Positions 36,814 to 46,035 of a DNA stretch of 59,725 nt are shown here, piece after piece. Below the pieces are notes generated by a model, which saw nothing but the letters and a program-made list of their open reading frames with translations, made no database searches and was not told the origin of the DNA. Within the stretch, counting starts at the first letter, position 1; each line of letters begins with the position of its first letter. This stretch comes from a virus. Its lineage: Duplodnaviria; Caudoviricetes. Location of the stretch: positions 1 through 59,725 of IMG/VR virus record IMGVR_UViG_3300045744_000002; one strand, 5' to 3'. The position numbers and the translations under genes are program-made.

Positions 36814-38384
36814 AGGACCTCCGCCAATTGCTGGTTCTTCACCATCGACATCAACAATCCGGCTGTATCGATCCGCTGCTCCAGTTGCCGGTACCGCTGC
36901 ACCTCCAGCGATGTCGCCACGATGTGCGCAATATACTGATGCAGCTTCTGGCCAGGTCGCGTGATGCGTGCATTCGCCTGCTCATAGATCTCCACCGATG
37001 GCGGCAACCCCCACCACGCGATCACGCTCGCGCTGGTCAGCGTTAGGCCATGTGACATGCACTGTGGGTGCGCAACCAGCACGCGCAGGTTGTCATCCTC
37101 CATCATGCGCCGAAAAATCTCGTCACGCTGCCCGATGGGCGTATCGCCGGACACCACACCGTGCTCGATCGACTGGTTGGTCAAGTGATCGCTCAGCATC
37201 TTCAAGCTATGTTTGTATGGCGCGAACACGATCACCTTACTAACTGCCGCGTCCATGATCTCATCCAGCACGCGCAGGCGAGGCGCGCAGTCGAGGTACT
37301 GTACCGAGCCGTCCGCTTTGTATACACAGCCGGTGACCACCTGGATCAGCTTGTTCTGCAGATCAGCTTCATTCTGAACGGTGATCTCGCCCGTCGCCAA
37401 CTGTGCATGGATTTCTTTGCGCAGTTCATCAAACAGCTTTTTTTGTTCGACAGACAGTTTGCACTCATAGTCCACATACTGAACCGGAGGCAGGTCCACG
37501 CATTGGTCGCGCGTGAAGCGGATCGCCGGTTGCGCGTACCGGTACACGATGTCGTTAGCGTCGTGCTTCGGGATGTACTTGAAATTGGTGATTTTCCGCA
37601 TAGTGAGATCGCGGAAGCGCGCGAACGAGATGTGATCCAGTGCGCGGGGTGTAAGCGCCTTGATCTGCCCATAGGCATCCGTGGGTGCCTGCGGCGTCAT
37701 CAGGCCCGTCATACCCACGATGCGCTTGAACTGCGGCGAGCGGAACAGTTGGTTCGCCGCCTTCCACCGATCGATGCCTGCTTTCTTGATCGCCGTGATC
37801 TCGTCGTACACGACCATGTCGATGTCGGTGCGCTTCAGCACTTCGGGCAAGATGATCGCCAGGCCGTCGTGGTTGACGATGTATACGTCCGCATCCTCGG
37901 CAAGCAGCTTCATGCGCTTGTCAGCGGACCCATGCAGGACGCGCCAGCGCATGCCGGCGAACGTCTGCAGCACCTCCTGCGCCCATGTCCGGCGCAGGGT
38001 TGACAGCGGCGCCACGACCAGCAGCTTATGAACGATGCCAAGTTTGCGCAGGTAGTCGAACGCGAACAGCGATGCGCGCGTCTTGCCGGTGCCCAGGTCA
38101 TTCAGCACGTAGCTGACGTCGTTGACTGTAATCATCGCCGCTGTGAACTTTTGCGCATCAAACGGCTGGAACCCATTGACGATCGGCCACTGATATTCGT
38201 GCATGATCGGCGGCTGCACGTCGTAGCCGAGATTGCGCAACATGCGATGCTCGTCGAGCTTATGCGGGACGATCACGAATTCACGGCCATCGTGCATGAC
38301 TTTCTTTGCATGCGGGATCAACGCCTCGACGCGAGGGTCGTTCTCGATGATCAGATTTCCACGATATAGAGTTGGCTGCGGCAT
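36810..38384 (-). CDS. SF2 (SNF2-like) helicase
   Basis: DLGTGKT, VVAPLST, YDE, MTG, HGLTLT, QANARITRPGQ. Confidence 0.9.
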   Translation of the reverse strand: MPQPTLYRGNLIIENDPRVEALIPHAKKVMHDGREFVIVPHKLDEHRMLRNLGYDVQPPIMHEYQWPIVNGFQPFDAQKFTAAMITVNDVSYVLNDLGTGKTRASLFAFDYLRKLGIVHKLLVVAPLSTLRRTWAQEVLQTFAGMRWRVLHGSADKRMKLLAEDADVYIVNHDGLAIILPEVLKRTDIDMVVYDEITAIKKAGIDRWKAANQLFRSPQFKRIVGMTGLMTPQAPTDAYGQIKALTPRALDHISFARFRDLTMRKITNFKYIPKHDANDIVYRYAQPAIRFTRDQCVDLPPVQYVDYECKLSVEQKKLFDELRKEIHAQLATGEITVQNEADLQNKLIQVVTGCVYKADGSVQYLDCAPRLRVLDEIMDAAVSKVIVFAPYKHSLKMLSDHLTNQSIEHGVVSGDTPIGQRDEIFRRMMEDDNLRVLVAHPQCMSHGLTLTSASVIAWWGLPPSVEIYEQANARITRPGQKLHQYIAHIVATSLEVQRYRQLEQRIDTAGLLMSMVKNQQLAEVL

Positions 38385-38713
38385 CGCAAGAGTATCCAGT
38401 CAAGAAACAGCTGCAGGGTTGCGTCAGAGTCAATGACTACGGCCGCGATGTGCGCTTGTCGCATCTCGCGGAGTGTTCTGGCTTGCCTTTCTCGGAGTTT
38501 GCCTTTGCCGTCGAAGCGCTTCACTTCAATGGCAAATGGTATCCCCCATTGATATTCCGGCAAGCCGATCGTACCGGTGATATCTAACGTCGGCGAGCTA
38601 TAAGACTCACCTGCGTGTGTTTCATAGTAAAGCTCTGCGCCGATCCTAATGCAAGCGTCTTTCAGCGCTTCAATGATTTTCTTTTTCGCTTTGGCTTCCG
38701 CTGTGTTGGCCAT
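38351..38713 (-). CDS. VRR-NUC-like nuclease/resolvase
   Basis: EAKAKKKI...LD...FAIEVK....Q motif; adjacent to the helicase. Confidence 0.65.
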   Translation of the reverse strand: MANTAEAKAKKKIIEALKDACIRIGAELYYETHAGESYSSPTLDITGTIGLPEYQWGIPFAIEVKRFDGKGKLRERQARTLREMRQAHIAAVVIDSDATLQLFLDWILLRCRSQLYIVEI

Positions 38714-38891
38714 TTCGTTTTTGCGCCTCTTGCCAGGTCTCCCACGCGATCTGAGTCGATACGGCAAAGTACCGACCGTTGCGGTCGCGCCCCATAGCAA
38801 CGTACACACTTTCTTGTTCCCATCGGGCGCGGTAATACGTCTCAAAGCGCAACTGATCAGGAGCGCGCTCAGGAGCGTCTTTATGCGTCAT
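38670..38891 (-). CDS. Hypothetical protein (73 aa)
   Basis: RFE...GRY...TQIAWETWQ motif seen in small phage proteins. Confidence 0.6.
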   Translation of the reverse strand: MTHKDAPERAPDQLRFETYYRARWEQESVYVAMGRDRNGRYFAVSTQIAWETWQEAQKRNGQHSGSQSEKENH

Positions 38892-39244
38892 GATTTTTCA
38901 CCGAGCGCGGCTTCGAGGGCGGCGCGCATGCTTTTATTAGGCCATACGTCTTTTTCTATACTTTCGCGATTGCGACCCGTGTATGCCATCCGCGCACGTA
39001 TCACCATCTCATCCGTCACCTCCACGCGGGGATGGGGTAGGGCGCGCTTATTCCAGGCCGCAATCGTTTCATCCCGCCATTCTATGTTCTGCCCGTAGAC
39101 GAAATTGTGTGCCACACATTTTTCATCTGAGCAGCCGAGATTGAACCATGCATCGCTTTCGTTGTAGTCATCAACTATCTCTGCGGGCTTTCCGCAAAAC
39201 GGGCAGCGCTCCAACGTCATCGCTTTCTTCGTCGTGTCGGTCAT
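38888..39244 (-). CDS. Lar-like Zn-ribbon protein
   Basis: LERCPFCG...C..EKC...IAAWNKRA. Confidence 0.65.
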   Translation of the reverse strand: MTDTTKKAMTLERCPFCGKPAEIVDDYNESDAWFNLGCSDEKCVAHNFVYGQNIEWRDETIAAWNKRALPHPRVEVTDEMVIRARMAYTGRNRESIEKDVWPNKSMRAALEAALGEKS

Positions 39245-39480
39245 AGCGGCAAACTCTTGAATAACCGACCGGTCACCATGACCACGAACTTATTGCCGTG
39301 CTCGTCCTCCATGACTAGGTCGACGGTGGAGTTACCCATCAGTGTCCCGTCACGGACGACCACGACTTTCGTAATGTTGACCGGCTTATAGTCGGGACGC
39401 TTATAGACGAACCCTTTGTTTGCCGCATCGGTGGCGTCGTCACACACCGTCACGTTGAGGTGCTGCATGATTCCAAACAT
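39241..39480 (-). CDS. Hypothetical protein (79 aa)
   Basis: GGAG SD; coupled to the next gene. Confidence 0.7.
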   Translation of the reverse strand: MFGIMQHLNVTVCDDATDAANKGFVYKRPDYKPVNITKVVVVRDGTLMGNSTVDLVMEDEHGNKFVVMVTGRLFKSLPL

Positions 39481-39483
39481 GGT

Positions 39484-40197
39484 TTACTCCGGTTCTCGTG
39501 AGGCGCGTTCGCGCGCCAGGCGTGCATCCATTGTGTTGTACTGACAGCTCTTGACTGGGCACCACCCACACAACGGGCTTTCCACTTTGGGCCAGTCGTT
39601 GCGTACTTTGGCATCGGCTAGGCGATTGACGTGCGGCAGAAAGGCGTTCCAGATACGCGGTGCATCCGCGCGCACGAAATAGTCTTTCTCGATCTTGTCG
39701 TGCATCGCGAAGTAGTACGCCGTGCTGACATCCTGGATCTGGGGGTGGTGCTGGAACAGGAGCGCGGCATTCAGTGCGTTCTGACCGCCGTACGGGTCCT
39801 GGTCTTTCTTCGGCTTGCCGAACTTGTAGTCCCACTGCCACGCGCGCGTGCCGTTGATCAGTTGCCAGTCGACCTTGCTGCGCACCCAGGCGCGGTCCCA
39901 GTCGTTCCACGCGCACGGTTGGTACTCGGCGTCGAGCGCCAGGCTTACCTCGGTGCTCATCTGGCCCGGCTGTTTCTTGAGCTTGTCCAGCACCGGCGCG
40001 AAGCGCTGCAGGTTCACCGGGAGCGGTTTGCCTTTGGCGACGTACAGCTCGAACTCCTTGTGGTAGTCCTCACCGCGCACATTATCGGTGCTGGCGTCGC
40101 CAACGGCTTTTTGAACGTGAACCATCCAGTATTTGTACGGACACGAACGGAAGTCGTTGAGACGACTAAACGACCAGGAGATGATGGGGCGAGCCAT
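39484..40197 (-). CDS. PD-(D/E)XK (Cas4/RecB-like) exonuclease
   Basis: WSFSRL..F..CP, RG...H, VD..., DYKFGK, LCGWCPV..C. Confidence 0.85.
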   Translation of the reverse strand: MARPIISWSFSRLNDFRSCPYKYWMVHVQKAVGDASTDNVRGEDYHKEFELYVAKGKPLPVNLQRFAPVLDKLKKQPGQMSTEVSLALDAEYQPCAWNDWDRAWVRSKVDWQLINGTRAWQWDYKFGKPKKDQDPYGGQNALNAALLFQHHPQIQDVSTAYYFAMHDKIEKDYFVRADAPRIWNAFLPHVNRLADAKVRNDWPKVESPLCGWCPVKSCQYNTMDARLARERASREPE

Positions 40198-40206
40198 GAG
40201 AGTCCC

Positions 40207-40542
40207 TTAGAATGGAGCGTTGATATAACGGCGCTGGCTGGTGTGCCTACCCCGCGCGATCTGATCGTGAATGTTGTCTTTCTGCGTACCCAGCACAAGG
40301 TGCTTAGGGTTACAGCAGCGCATGATGTCGCAGCGGTGACGCACCACAAGACCGTCTGGGATGTCACCGTTAAATGCCATGTACATCACGCGGTGCGCGC
40401 GATCGTCGACGGTTTGACCGTTGACCTTTCGGCATGCAATCCGTCCATAGCCTTGGTAATCGAGTCGTCCGATGAATATCCAGCAGCCATTCTCGTCTTC
40501 GACAATCTTGTCCAGGATGCGCTCAACGATGTTGCGCGCCAT
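40207..40542 (-). CDS. HNH (His-Me) homing-type endonuclease
   Basis: GCWIF.G...GYG...RAHRV.Y...VRHRCD..CCNP.HL..GT..DN. Confidence 0.88.
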   Translation of the reverse strand: MARNIVERILDKIVEDENGCWIFIGRLDYQGYGRIACRKVNGQTVDDRAHRVMYMAFNGDIPDGLVVRHRCDIMRCCNPKHLVLGTQKDNIHDQIARGRHTSQRRYINAPF

Positions 40543-40544
40543 GG

Positions 40545-41078
40545 CTATGCCTCGATGGCGGCAAGGTATTTGCGCAAAGCGTCTGCGAGGTCGCATTCCG
40601 CATCGGCTGTCATACCGCGCTCCAGCTGCGCCTCGGTGACACGCTGCAAGAACTGACTGGCGAGGTTAGCGGCATACTTACGGAACAGCTGTACAAGCTG
40701 GGCTTGAGCCGCTTCATACGACGAAAAGGCAGGGCACGGATAAACGATGCTGCGTATCGTTTTGCCGTCCCACTCTTTCGTATCGATCGGAAAGTATGCC
40801 GTCTCGATCTTCGGCGTTAGGTCGTTACCGAGATTGTTGATATAGAACACTACCTGCAGCTGATCTGCGGAATAGCACTCCGGATGTACTCCATATGCGG
40901 GGAGGGCGTGCTGTTCCGCGGCGTTCGACTGCTTCCATTGAAACTGAGCGTTCTGCATCTGCTGGTTCATCATCTGGCTATATATCTGCTGTGTCATCGC
41001 CGCCGTCGATGTCTGGCTCGCCAGCTTTGCCAAGTCCGATAACGACGGAGGCGGTGGAAAAGAACTCGAAAAACTCAT
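40545..41078 (-). CDS. Hypothetical protein
   Basis: ATGA overlap with the polymerase stop. Confidence 0.65.
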   Translation of the reverse strand: MSFSSSFPPPPSLSDLAKLASQTSTAAMTQQIYSQMMNQQMQNAQFQWKQSNAAEQHALPAYGVHPECYSADQLQVVFYINNLGNDLTPKIETAYFPIDTKEWDGKTIRSIVYPCPAFSSYEAAQAQLVQLFRKYAANLASQFLQRVTEAQLERGMTADAECDLADALRKYLAAIEA

Positions 41079-42961
41079 TTGATGTCTCCGTAGCAGTTGC
41101 CGATTTTCCCTTCGGCTTTGAGAGGCAGCCCAGCCAGCACAAGCGGATGGGTGGTCATGCATTGATAGGCGATCTGGTTGGCGGCTTTAAGGTCCGCCGT
41201 TTCCGGCACTAAGTAAAGCGCTTCGTCATGCACGCTGCCGACGACCCAGAAGTGCTGGCGCAGCTGCAGGATGCCGTCGCGCATGATGCCGCGCGCGATG
41301 CGCTGGCAGATGTTCTCGAAGAACAAGCCACCATAGATCCACTTCGCCTTGCTACGGCGTGTCTTGCCGTCGTATTTATCGTAGACCCATCCCGACTTAC
41401 CCGTCTCGGGACTGGTGTAGTAGCGCAGGTTCGGATAGTGCATCGACATGCCATCGGGCATTTGCAGCCGCCCGTTGACGATCGGCATGCCGAACAGCGT
41501 GGCATTGCCACCCTGCGCCATGATCACCAGTGCGTCCTCGCACAGGCGCCAGGCGACCGGTAGTCGGTGCATCTTGCGGCGGTAGCCCTGCACGCAGCGT
41601 AGCCCGAAGGCTTCCGACTCGTCCGCCAGCACCAGACCTTCCTTGCGCGCGGCGACCTGCAGCATACGCGTGAACTTGGGACCGCCCACGCCGTACTGTG
41701 ATGATAAGCACGATACCTTGCCGACGAACCGTTCGTTTGGCTGATTGTCCTTGTCGACCGGGAAGCCGTAGATCTCCGATGCCATGTCCGCATACAGGTC
41801 TACGCCGTTGCGCAGCGCGTCCAGCGCGTCGTGCTGACCGGCAAGCCACAAGGCCACGCGCATCTCGATCTGGCTCAGGTCGATCACGCCGAGCTTGTAG
41901 CCGGGCGGCGGCTCGATCGCGTCGCGCAGCGGCGAGCGGCCACCCTTCGGCGCGCGCGGTAGGTTCTGAAGATTGATCTTCTGGCCCAGTGCTGCCTGCC
42001 AGCGGTCCGTAGGGAGCGCCGCGGCATAACCCAAGGGGTAAGGCAGTGGGCCACGGCTGGCGATGCCGGTGAACGCTTCCAGGCGCGTCTCGACCTGGGA
42101 CGTCTTGGCGCCCATGCGCGCCTCGACCAACGTCACCACATCGGGGTCGTCGTGATCGAGCAAGTCCAGGAACGGCACATCGGACTTGGCGAAGGCCCAG
42201 ATTTCCTTCGGCGTGCCGTCGATATTTTTCTGGTTGGGACTTTCCTTGGTGGGTGGGTCAACGCCCAGGTTACGCAGCAGGTCAGCCATGACGGCGTCCG
42301 AACGGATGCCATCGAGCGTCACACCCAAGCGCGACAGCAGCGAATGGCGATCATTGCGGAAGCGGTCCAGTTCCTGCTGGGCCAACTGCGCGTTAATGCG
42401 CAAGGTAGGGCGCGCAAAGATCTGACACGTCCAGTCGATCGCCATCAGCTCTTCCGTGGGGAAGTGCGGCTTCATGCGCTTGAAAATCTCGCGGCATAGC
42501 CAGCTGTCGTGCGCACAATACTCACCATAATCCTTGAGCATCTGCGTGGTGAACTGTTCTCGGCGCAGCCCGTCGGCACTGTCCACATAGCCGCCTTTCT
42601 CGGGCAAGCCAAACCGCTCGGCGCAGGCGCGCAGCGAGCAGCTCTGCTCGATGCCGAACAGCTTGCGCGCCATCGCTAGCGTGTCGCACATGAACTTCGG
42701 GTAGATACCAAAGCGCCAGCACAGGATGGCCATATCGAACAGTGCATTGTGCGAACACACCGGTTGGTCCCAGTCGTACCGGCGCAACTGCTCGTACATC
42801 TCCAGCTCCGTGCCGGTGATGACCACGGCAGGCTGATCGTCCTGCATGACGGACACCATGATCGGCTGGAAACGCGCGTCGCGGATGTACTCCTCGTAAG
42901 TCATTTTCGACAAGGAATAATCTGCTTTGCGGTAAAACGTTTCCCAGTCGAGCGTGATCAT
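41075..42961 (-). CDS. DNA polymerase, family A, with 3'-5' exonuclease
   Basis: LDWET, HNALFD, NLQNLPR, DLSQIEMR (motif A), R..GK...L..QYG (B), SVHDE (C). Confidence 0.93.
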   Translation of the reverse strand: MITLDWETFYRKADYSLSKMTYEEYIRDARFQPIMVSVMQDDQPAVVITGTELEMYEQLRRYDWDQPVCSHNALFDMAILCWRFGIYPKFMCDTLAMARKLFGIEQSCSLRACAERFGLPEKGGYVDSADGLRREQFTTQMLKDYGEYCAHDSWLCREIFKRMKPHFPTEELMAIDWTCQIFARPTLRINAQLAQQELDRFRNDRHSLLSRLGVTLDGIRSDAVMADLLRNLGVDPPTKESPNQKNIDGTPKEIWAFAKSDVPFLDLLDHDDPDVVTLVEARMGAKTSQVETRLEAFTGIASRGPLPYPLGYAAALPTDRWQAALGQKINLQNLPRAPKGGRSPLRDAIEPPPGYKLGVIDLSQIEMRVALWLAGQHDALDALRNGVDLYADMASEIYGFPVDKDNQPNERFVGKVSCLSSQYGVGGPKFTRMLQVAARKEGLVLADESEAFGLRCVQGYRRKMHRLPVAWRLCEDALVIMAQGGNATLFGMPIVNGRLQMPDGMSMHYPNLRYYTSPETGKSGWVYDKYDGKTRRSKAKWIYGGLFFENICQRIARGIMRDGILQLRQHFWVVGSVHDEALYLVPETADLKAANQIAYQCMTTHPLVLAGLPLKAEGKIGNCYGDIK

Positions 42962-43194
42962 GCTTTGCCGCCCTCCAGGTTGCGCAGATAGCCGCGTATA
43001 AATGTCCGGACACGATTAAATGCCATGTCGATGGCTTTATCGAGGCTACCTTCGTGAACGTCCGTGCAGAACGTAATGCGTCGATCGATGATACTGTCGT
43101 CGGCTTTCAGCTCTATCGAAAACGTGGTGCGCAGCGTTCGATGCGCGGCAGTTCCTGCCTGTTCGGCAGAAACCAATGCATATTCGACTTTCAT
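42958..43194 (-). CDS. Hypothetical protein (78 aa)
   Basis: AGGA SD; coupled to the polymerase gene. Confidence 0.65.
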   Translation of the reverse strand: MKVEYALVSAEQAGTAAHRTLRTTFSIELKADDSIIDRRITFCTDVHEGSLDKAIDMAFNRVRTFIRGYLRNLEGGKA

Positions 43195-43215
43195 AGATTG
43201 TCCTGAGAGGCGTTT

Positions 43216-43246
43216 AAAAAGTGAGGTTACCGCACGGTAACCTCAC
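43216..43246 (-). terminator. Extended palindrome GTGAG-GTTACCG-CA-CGGTAAC-CTCAC (copy 2), also terminator-like
   Basis: 12-bp perfect arms followed on the minus strand by TTTTT. Confidence 0.75.
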
Positions 43247-43252
43247 CGTGTC

Positions 43253-43411
43253 TCAACCCTTGACACGCTTGAGTCGCGGGTTGGCCTTTTTGGCTTTCTT
43301 CGACGCGTTACGCGCGCCGGCTGCCACGATCGCACGGGCTGCCTTGGCTGAGTAGCCTTCGCTCTGCACCTTCGCAGCGACCTTGTCAAACCCTGGATGC
43401 TTAGCGGCCAC
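43253..43411 (-). CDS. Small basic protein (52 aa, MAAKHPGFDKV...NPRLKRVKG), not in the ORF track
   Basis: Open frame from GTG 43411; Lys/Ala-rich. Confidence 0.7.
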   Translation of the reverse strand: MAAKHPGFDKVAAKVQSEGYSAKAARAIVAAGARNASKKAKKANPRLKRVKG

Positions 43412-43589
43412 GGCTGCGACCCTTTTTCATCTTCGGGCCCGCATTGCCGCCTTTGCCGGCGTTCGTGCCGCCGTACTTGCCGCTGGACTGCTTGCCGTTG
43501 GTGATGATGCCCTTGCCACTGCCGCCCGGTGCGCTGTACGCCGTACCGACCGAGACCGTGGACCCCGTACCGCCTGACTTCGATGCCAT
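43401..43589 (-). CDS. Small Gly/Lys-rich protein (62 aa)
   Basis: ATG 43589 after GAGG SD. Confidence 0.7.
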   Translation of the reverse strand: MASKSGGTGSTVSVGTAYSAPGGSGKGIITNGKQSSGKYGGTNAGKGGNAGPKMKKGRSRGR

Positions 43590-43590
43590 C

Positions 43591-43770
43591 TCACTTACCT
43601 CGCTTTTTGGGCGCCACGCCCGGAATACCATGCTTGCGCTTGTACGCAAGTCCCGCTTTGATCTCGGCCGCGCGCTCGCCCTTGGACTCGCTGCGTTCTT
43701 CGCGCGGCGAGCCTTCCACCATCGGACGAACGCGCGCCTTGAGTTTGTTCTTGGTCGTCGGTGCTTTCAT
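43591..43770 (-). CDS. Small basic protein (59 aa, MKAPTTKNKLKAR...), not in the ORF track
   Basis: ATGA overlap with the upstream gene; fills the gap exactly. Confidence 0.7.
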   Translation of the reverse strand: MKAPTTKNKLKARVRPMVEGSPREERSESKGERAAEIKAGLAYKRKHGIPGVAPKKRGK

Positions 43771-43985
43771 TGCTTCACCCGATTGGCATGCGCGCTGATC
43801 ACGCGCTTGTTGCTGGGACGGTTGTTCATCGGGTTACCGTCGCGGTGGTCCACGTGCTTGCCGTCGCCTTTGTGCACGTGGCCTTTCCGCTCGGCTTCAC
43901 GACGCGCCTTGTTACGCGACGCACGTTCTTTCTTCATGCGCGGCGAGGCGTGATATTTCTGGTAGTCCCCTGGTTTGTACCCCAT
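43767..43985 (-). CDS. Minimal HNH-like protein (72 aa)
   Basis: KGDGKHVDH.DGNP.NN..SN.RV.S..ANR. Confidence 0.7.
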   Translation of the reverse strand: MGYKPGDYQKYHASPRMKKERASRNKARREAERKGHVHKGDGKHVDHRDGNPMNNRPSNKRVISAHANRVKQ

Positions 43986-43990
43986 AGCGA

Positions 43991-44209
43991 TCAGCTGCGG
44001 CAGGGGTTGAACGGCGTCCCGACGGTCGTGCTTTTCTCGACCTTGGACACGTCGTGTGGCTTCGCGTCGCTGCCGGTAGTGAACGCCGGACGCCATTTGT
44101 CGATGTCCTCGCGCATCTTGCTGTCGACGGCATCGTCATAACGACTGATGGGGGTGGGGGCACGCGTGATCGGCGTGCCGGTTTTACTGCCCTTGATCTG
44201 CTCGGCCAT
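43991..44209 (-). CDS. Hypothetical protein (72 aa)
   Basis: GGAG SD. Confidence 0.65.
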   Translation of the reverse strand: MAEQIKGSKTGTPITRAPTPISRYDDAVDSKMREDIDKWRPAFTTGSDAKPHDVSKVEKSTTVGTPFNPCRS

Positions 44210-44253
44210 GACGCGGCTCCCGTGGGTGTCGCGCCAAGTGTAGCGCTCGTCCG

Positions 44254-44919
44254 CTATGGATGCGCAACTGCGATCACTTCCAGTTTGCTTTCCTTCGGGT
44301 CGGCCTGGGTGGTCGGGAAGTCGCCTTTCTGCACCGGCTTGACCGGATGCGGCGGAGGCTGGCTGATCACGGCTGTCGGCTGGAAGCTGCGCGCCGCGTC
44401 GCGGTTGCCGACGAGACCTAGCGCCTTGCAGTTGTCCATGTCGGTCTCGTCCAGGACCGCGGCGGCACGGCAGGCTTGCTCGTCGGCCATCGCCATGAGC
44501 GCCTCGGCACGGGCATTCTGGCCATTGGCCACGCGGACACCGGCTGCAGCGTAGAACGTCGCCGCGTTCTGGCGGTAGTTACAGGCGCGGGATTCCTTCG
44601 GCGCACCGATACCCACGCTCATGCGCAGGCCCGACACACCGCCCTGCATGGTGTTGGCGCAGTTATTGTTGCTGAAACCCGCCGCCGCGCCGCCCAGGCT
44701 CACGCCGGGGTTGGACAGGATCCGAGCCGTACCGCTGTAATGGGCGGCGCCTTCGGCGGTGGAATTTGTGTCAAGTGTCAGGCTGTTCCCGGTGTTGCCG
44801 GTCACGCTGGCCTGTTGCTGGCTGGATGCGGAGCTGCCCGACTGGGACTGGGCGTTGGTTTGGGCGTGCGCGCCGACCGCGAATGCGATCAGCATCACGC
44901 CGAGAAAAAGGCGCTTCAT
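44254..44919 (-). CDS. Secreted protein with signal peptide and four Cys
   Basis: MKRLFLGVMLIAFAVGAHA/Q; Ser/Gln-rich start; Cys-containing domain. Confidence 0.8.
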   Translation of the reverse strand: MKRLFLGVMLIAFAVGAHAQTNAQSQSGSSASSQQQASVTGNTGNSLTLDTNSTAEGAAHYSGTARILSNPGVSLGGAAAGFSNNNCANTMQGGVSGLRMSVGIGAPKESRACNYRQNAATFYAAAGVRVANGQNARAEALMAMADEQACRAAAVLDETDMDNCKALGLVGNRDAARSFQPTAVISQPPPHPVKPVQKGDFPTTQADPKESKLEVIAVAHP

Positions 44920-45031
44920 GGTAAATCCCCTATGACGTTTGAGAGTTGGGTGCGGGCTTTTCGTTTGCTTCCGGGGCAGGGGTCCCAGGAATCAGGCAGA
45001 GCCCTACAACTGCCGAGCGCTCGGAGTGCGC

Positions 45032-45427
45032 TTAGAAGTGGAACGACCAGCCGGCAGCGCCGTTCACGAACGCACCACCTACCTGGGCACCGGCCGTGCT
45101 ACCGGCCGCGCCCTGCGTGGCGCCCACGGCGTTGCCGAACGTGAAGCCCTTCGAGAGGTTGGTCGAGCTGGTCGCGGTCGACGTGTTCACGCTCACGCCA
45201 TGGTTACTGCCGCTGCCCTGGGCGCTGGCAAAGCCGTTGCTCAGGTTGGCGGTGTGCTGGAACGACAGGCCCGTTCCATCGACCGCACCACCAGCCACGC
45301 TGGATGCACCGGACTGGCTGCTGACTACGCCGCCGACCAGCGAGCCGCCAGCCGAGCCACCCCCGTTATGAGCAACGGCCGCGGCGGACACGAACAACAA
45401 ACTGCACAACACAATCGCGAATTTCAT
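45032..45427 (-). CDS. Secreted Gly/Ser/Ala-rich protein
   Basis: MKFAIVLCSLLFVSAAAVA/H signal peptide; AGGAG SD; ends GWSFHF. Confidence 0.8.
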   Translation of the reverse strand: MKFAIVLCSLLFVSAAAVAHNGGGSAGGSLVGGVVSSQSGASSVAGGAVDGTGLSFQHTANLSNGFASAQGSGSNHGVSVNTSTATSSTNLSKGFTFGNAVGATQGAAGSTAGAQVGGAFVNGAAGWSFHF

Positions 45428-45525
45428 GATGATCTCCTGCGGCGCTTTGAGAGGACGACACCCACCCCTGCGCCGACAGCGCGGGTGTCATGAGTAGAAA
45501 CTTTCAGGGCTCGGTTGAATTATCG

Positions 45526-46035
45526 TCAACCGATTTTTTGCGGGTCGTAGAACGGCGGGGGCGCCGACACGTGACCTGGTACGACACGACGCTCGATACG
45601 GCTGCTCGCCTGTTCGTAGTTTTCTTCAGACGTCTGCAAAACGCTTGACAGAAATTCGATGTACTGCTCGACGCCACCCCGTTCGCCGATCTCGCGCAGC
45701 AAGCCGTACACGGCGCTGTCGCTGACGGCCAGCTCGCGGGCCAGCTCCGGCACGGCGCCAGGCTGCTGCGCGCGCTTGTAGAGTCCAGGGATCGCATCCA
45801 CGGGTATCCACGACGGACCGACCGGCGACGGCTTGCGCTGGCTCGGCGCACCGCTGGTGTACGTTCGGCAGCCGGGCTTGCCGCACGACTGGATGCGACC
45901 GGCACGCAGGTTCGTGCGCAGTACCCACTTCGTGTCACCACAGGTGCAGCGGACCAGCACGGAACCGCCACCCATATCGCTGACCACGGTTAGCTTGCCG
46001 TAGGTTTTTTCAAGTTCGAGACGGGGACGGCTCAT
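45526..46035 (-). CDS. Cys-motif plus HTH putative DNA-binding protein
   Basis: YGKLTV...RCTCG...L..G..QSCG N-terminus; VPELARELAVSDSAVYGLL helix-turn-helix. Confidence 0.6.
   Translation of the reverse strand: MSRPRLELEKTYGKLTVVSDMGGGSVLVRCTCGDTKWVLRTNLRAGRIQSCGKPGCRTYTSGAPSQRKPSPVGPSWIPVDAIPGLYKRAQQPGAVPELARELAVSDSAVYGLLREIGERGGVEQYIEFLSSVLQTSEENYEQASSRIERRVVPGHVSAPPPFYDPQKIG

Noticed and set aside
39484-40197. Cas4-like nuclease as evidence of CRISPR-Cas
   Set aside because: No other cas genes or array; solo nucleases of this type are common in phage replication modules.
45457-45489. GACACCC...GGGTGTC hairpin upstream of the secreted pair as a c-di-GMP riboswitch
   Set aside because: I could not match the conserved riboswitch elements by eye; an Infernal/Rfam scan would settle it.
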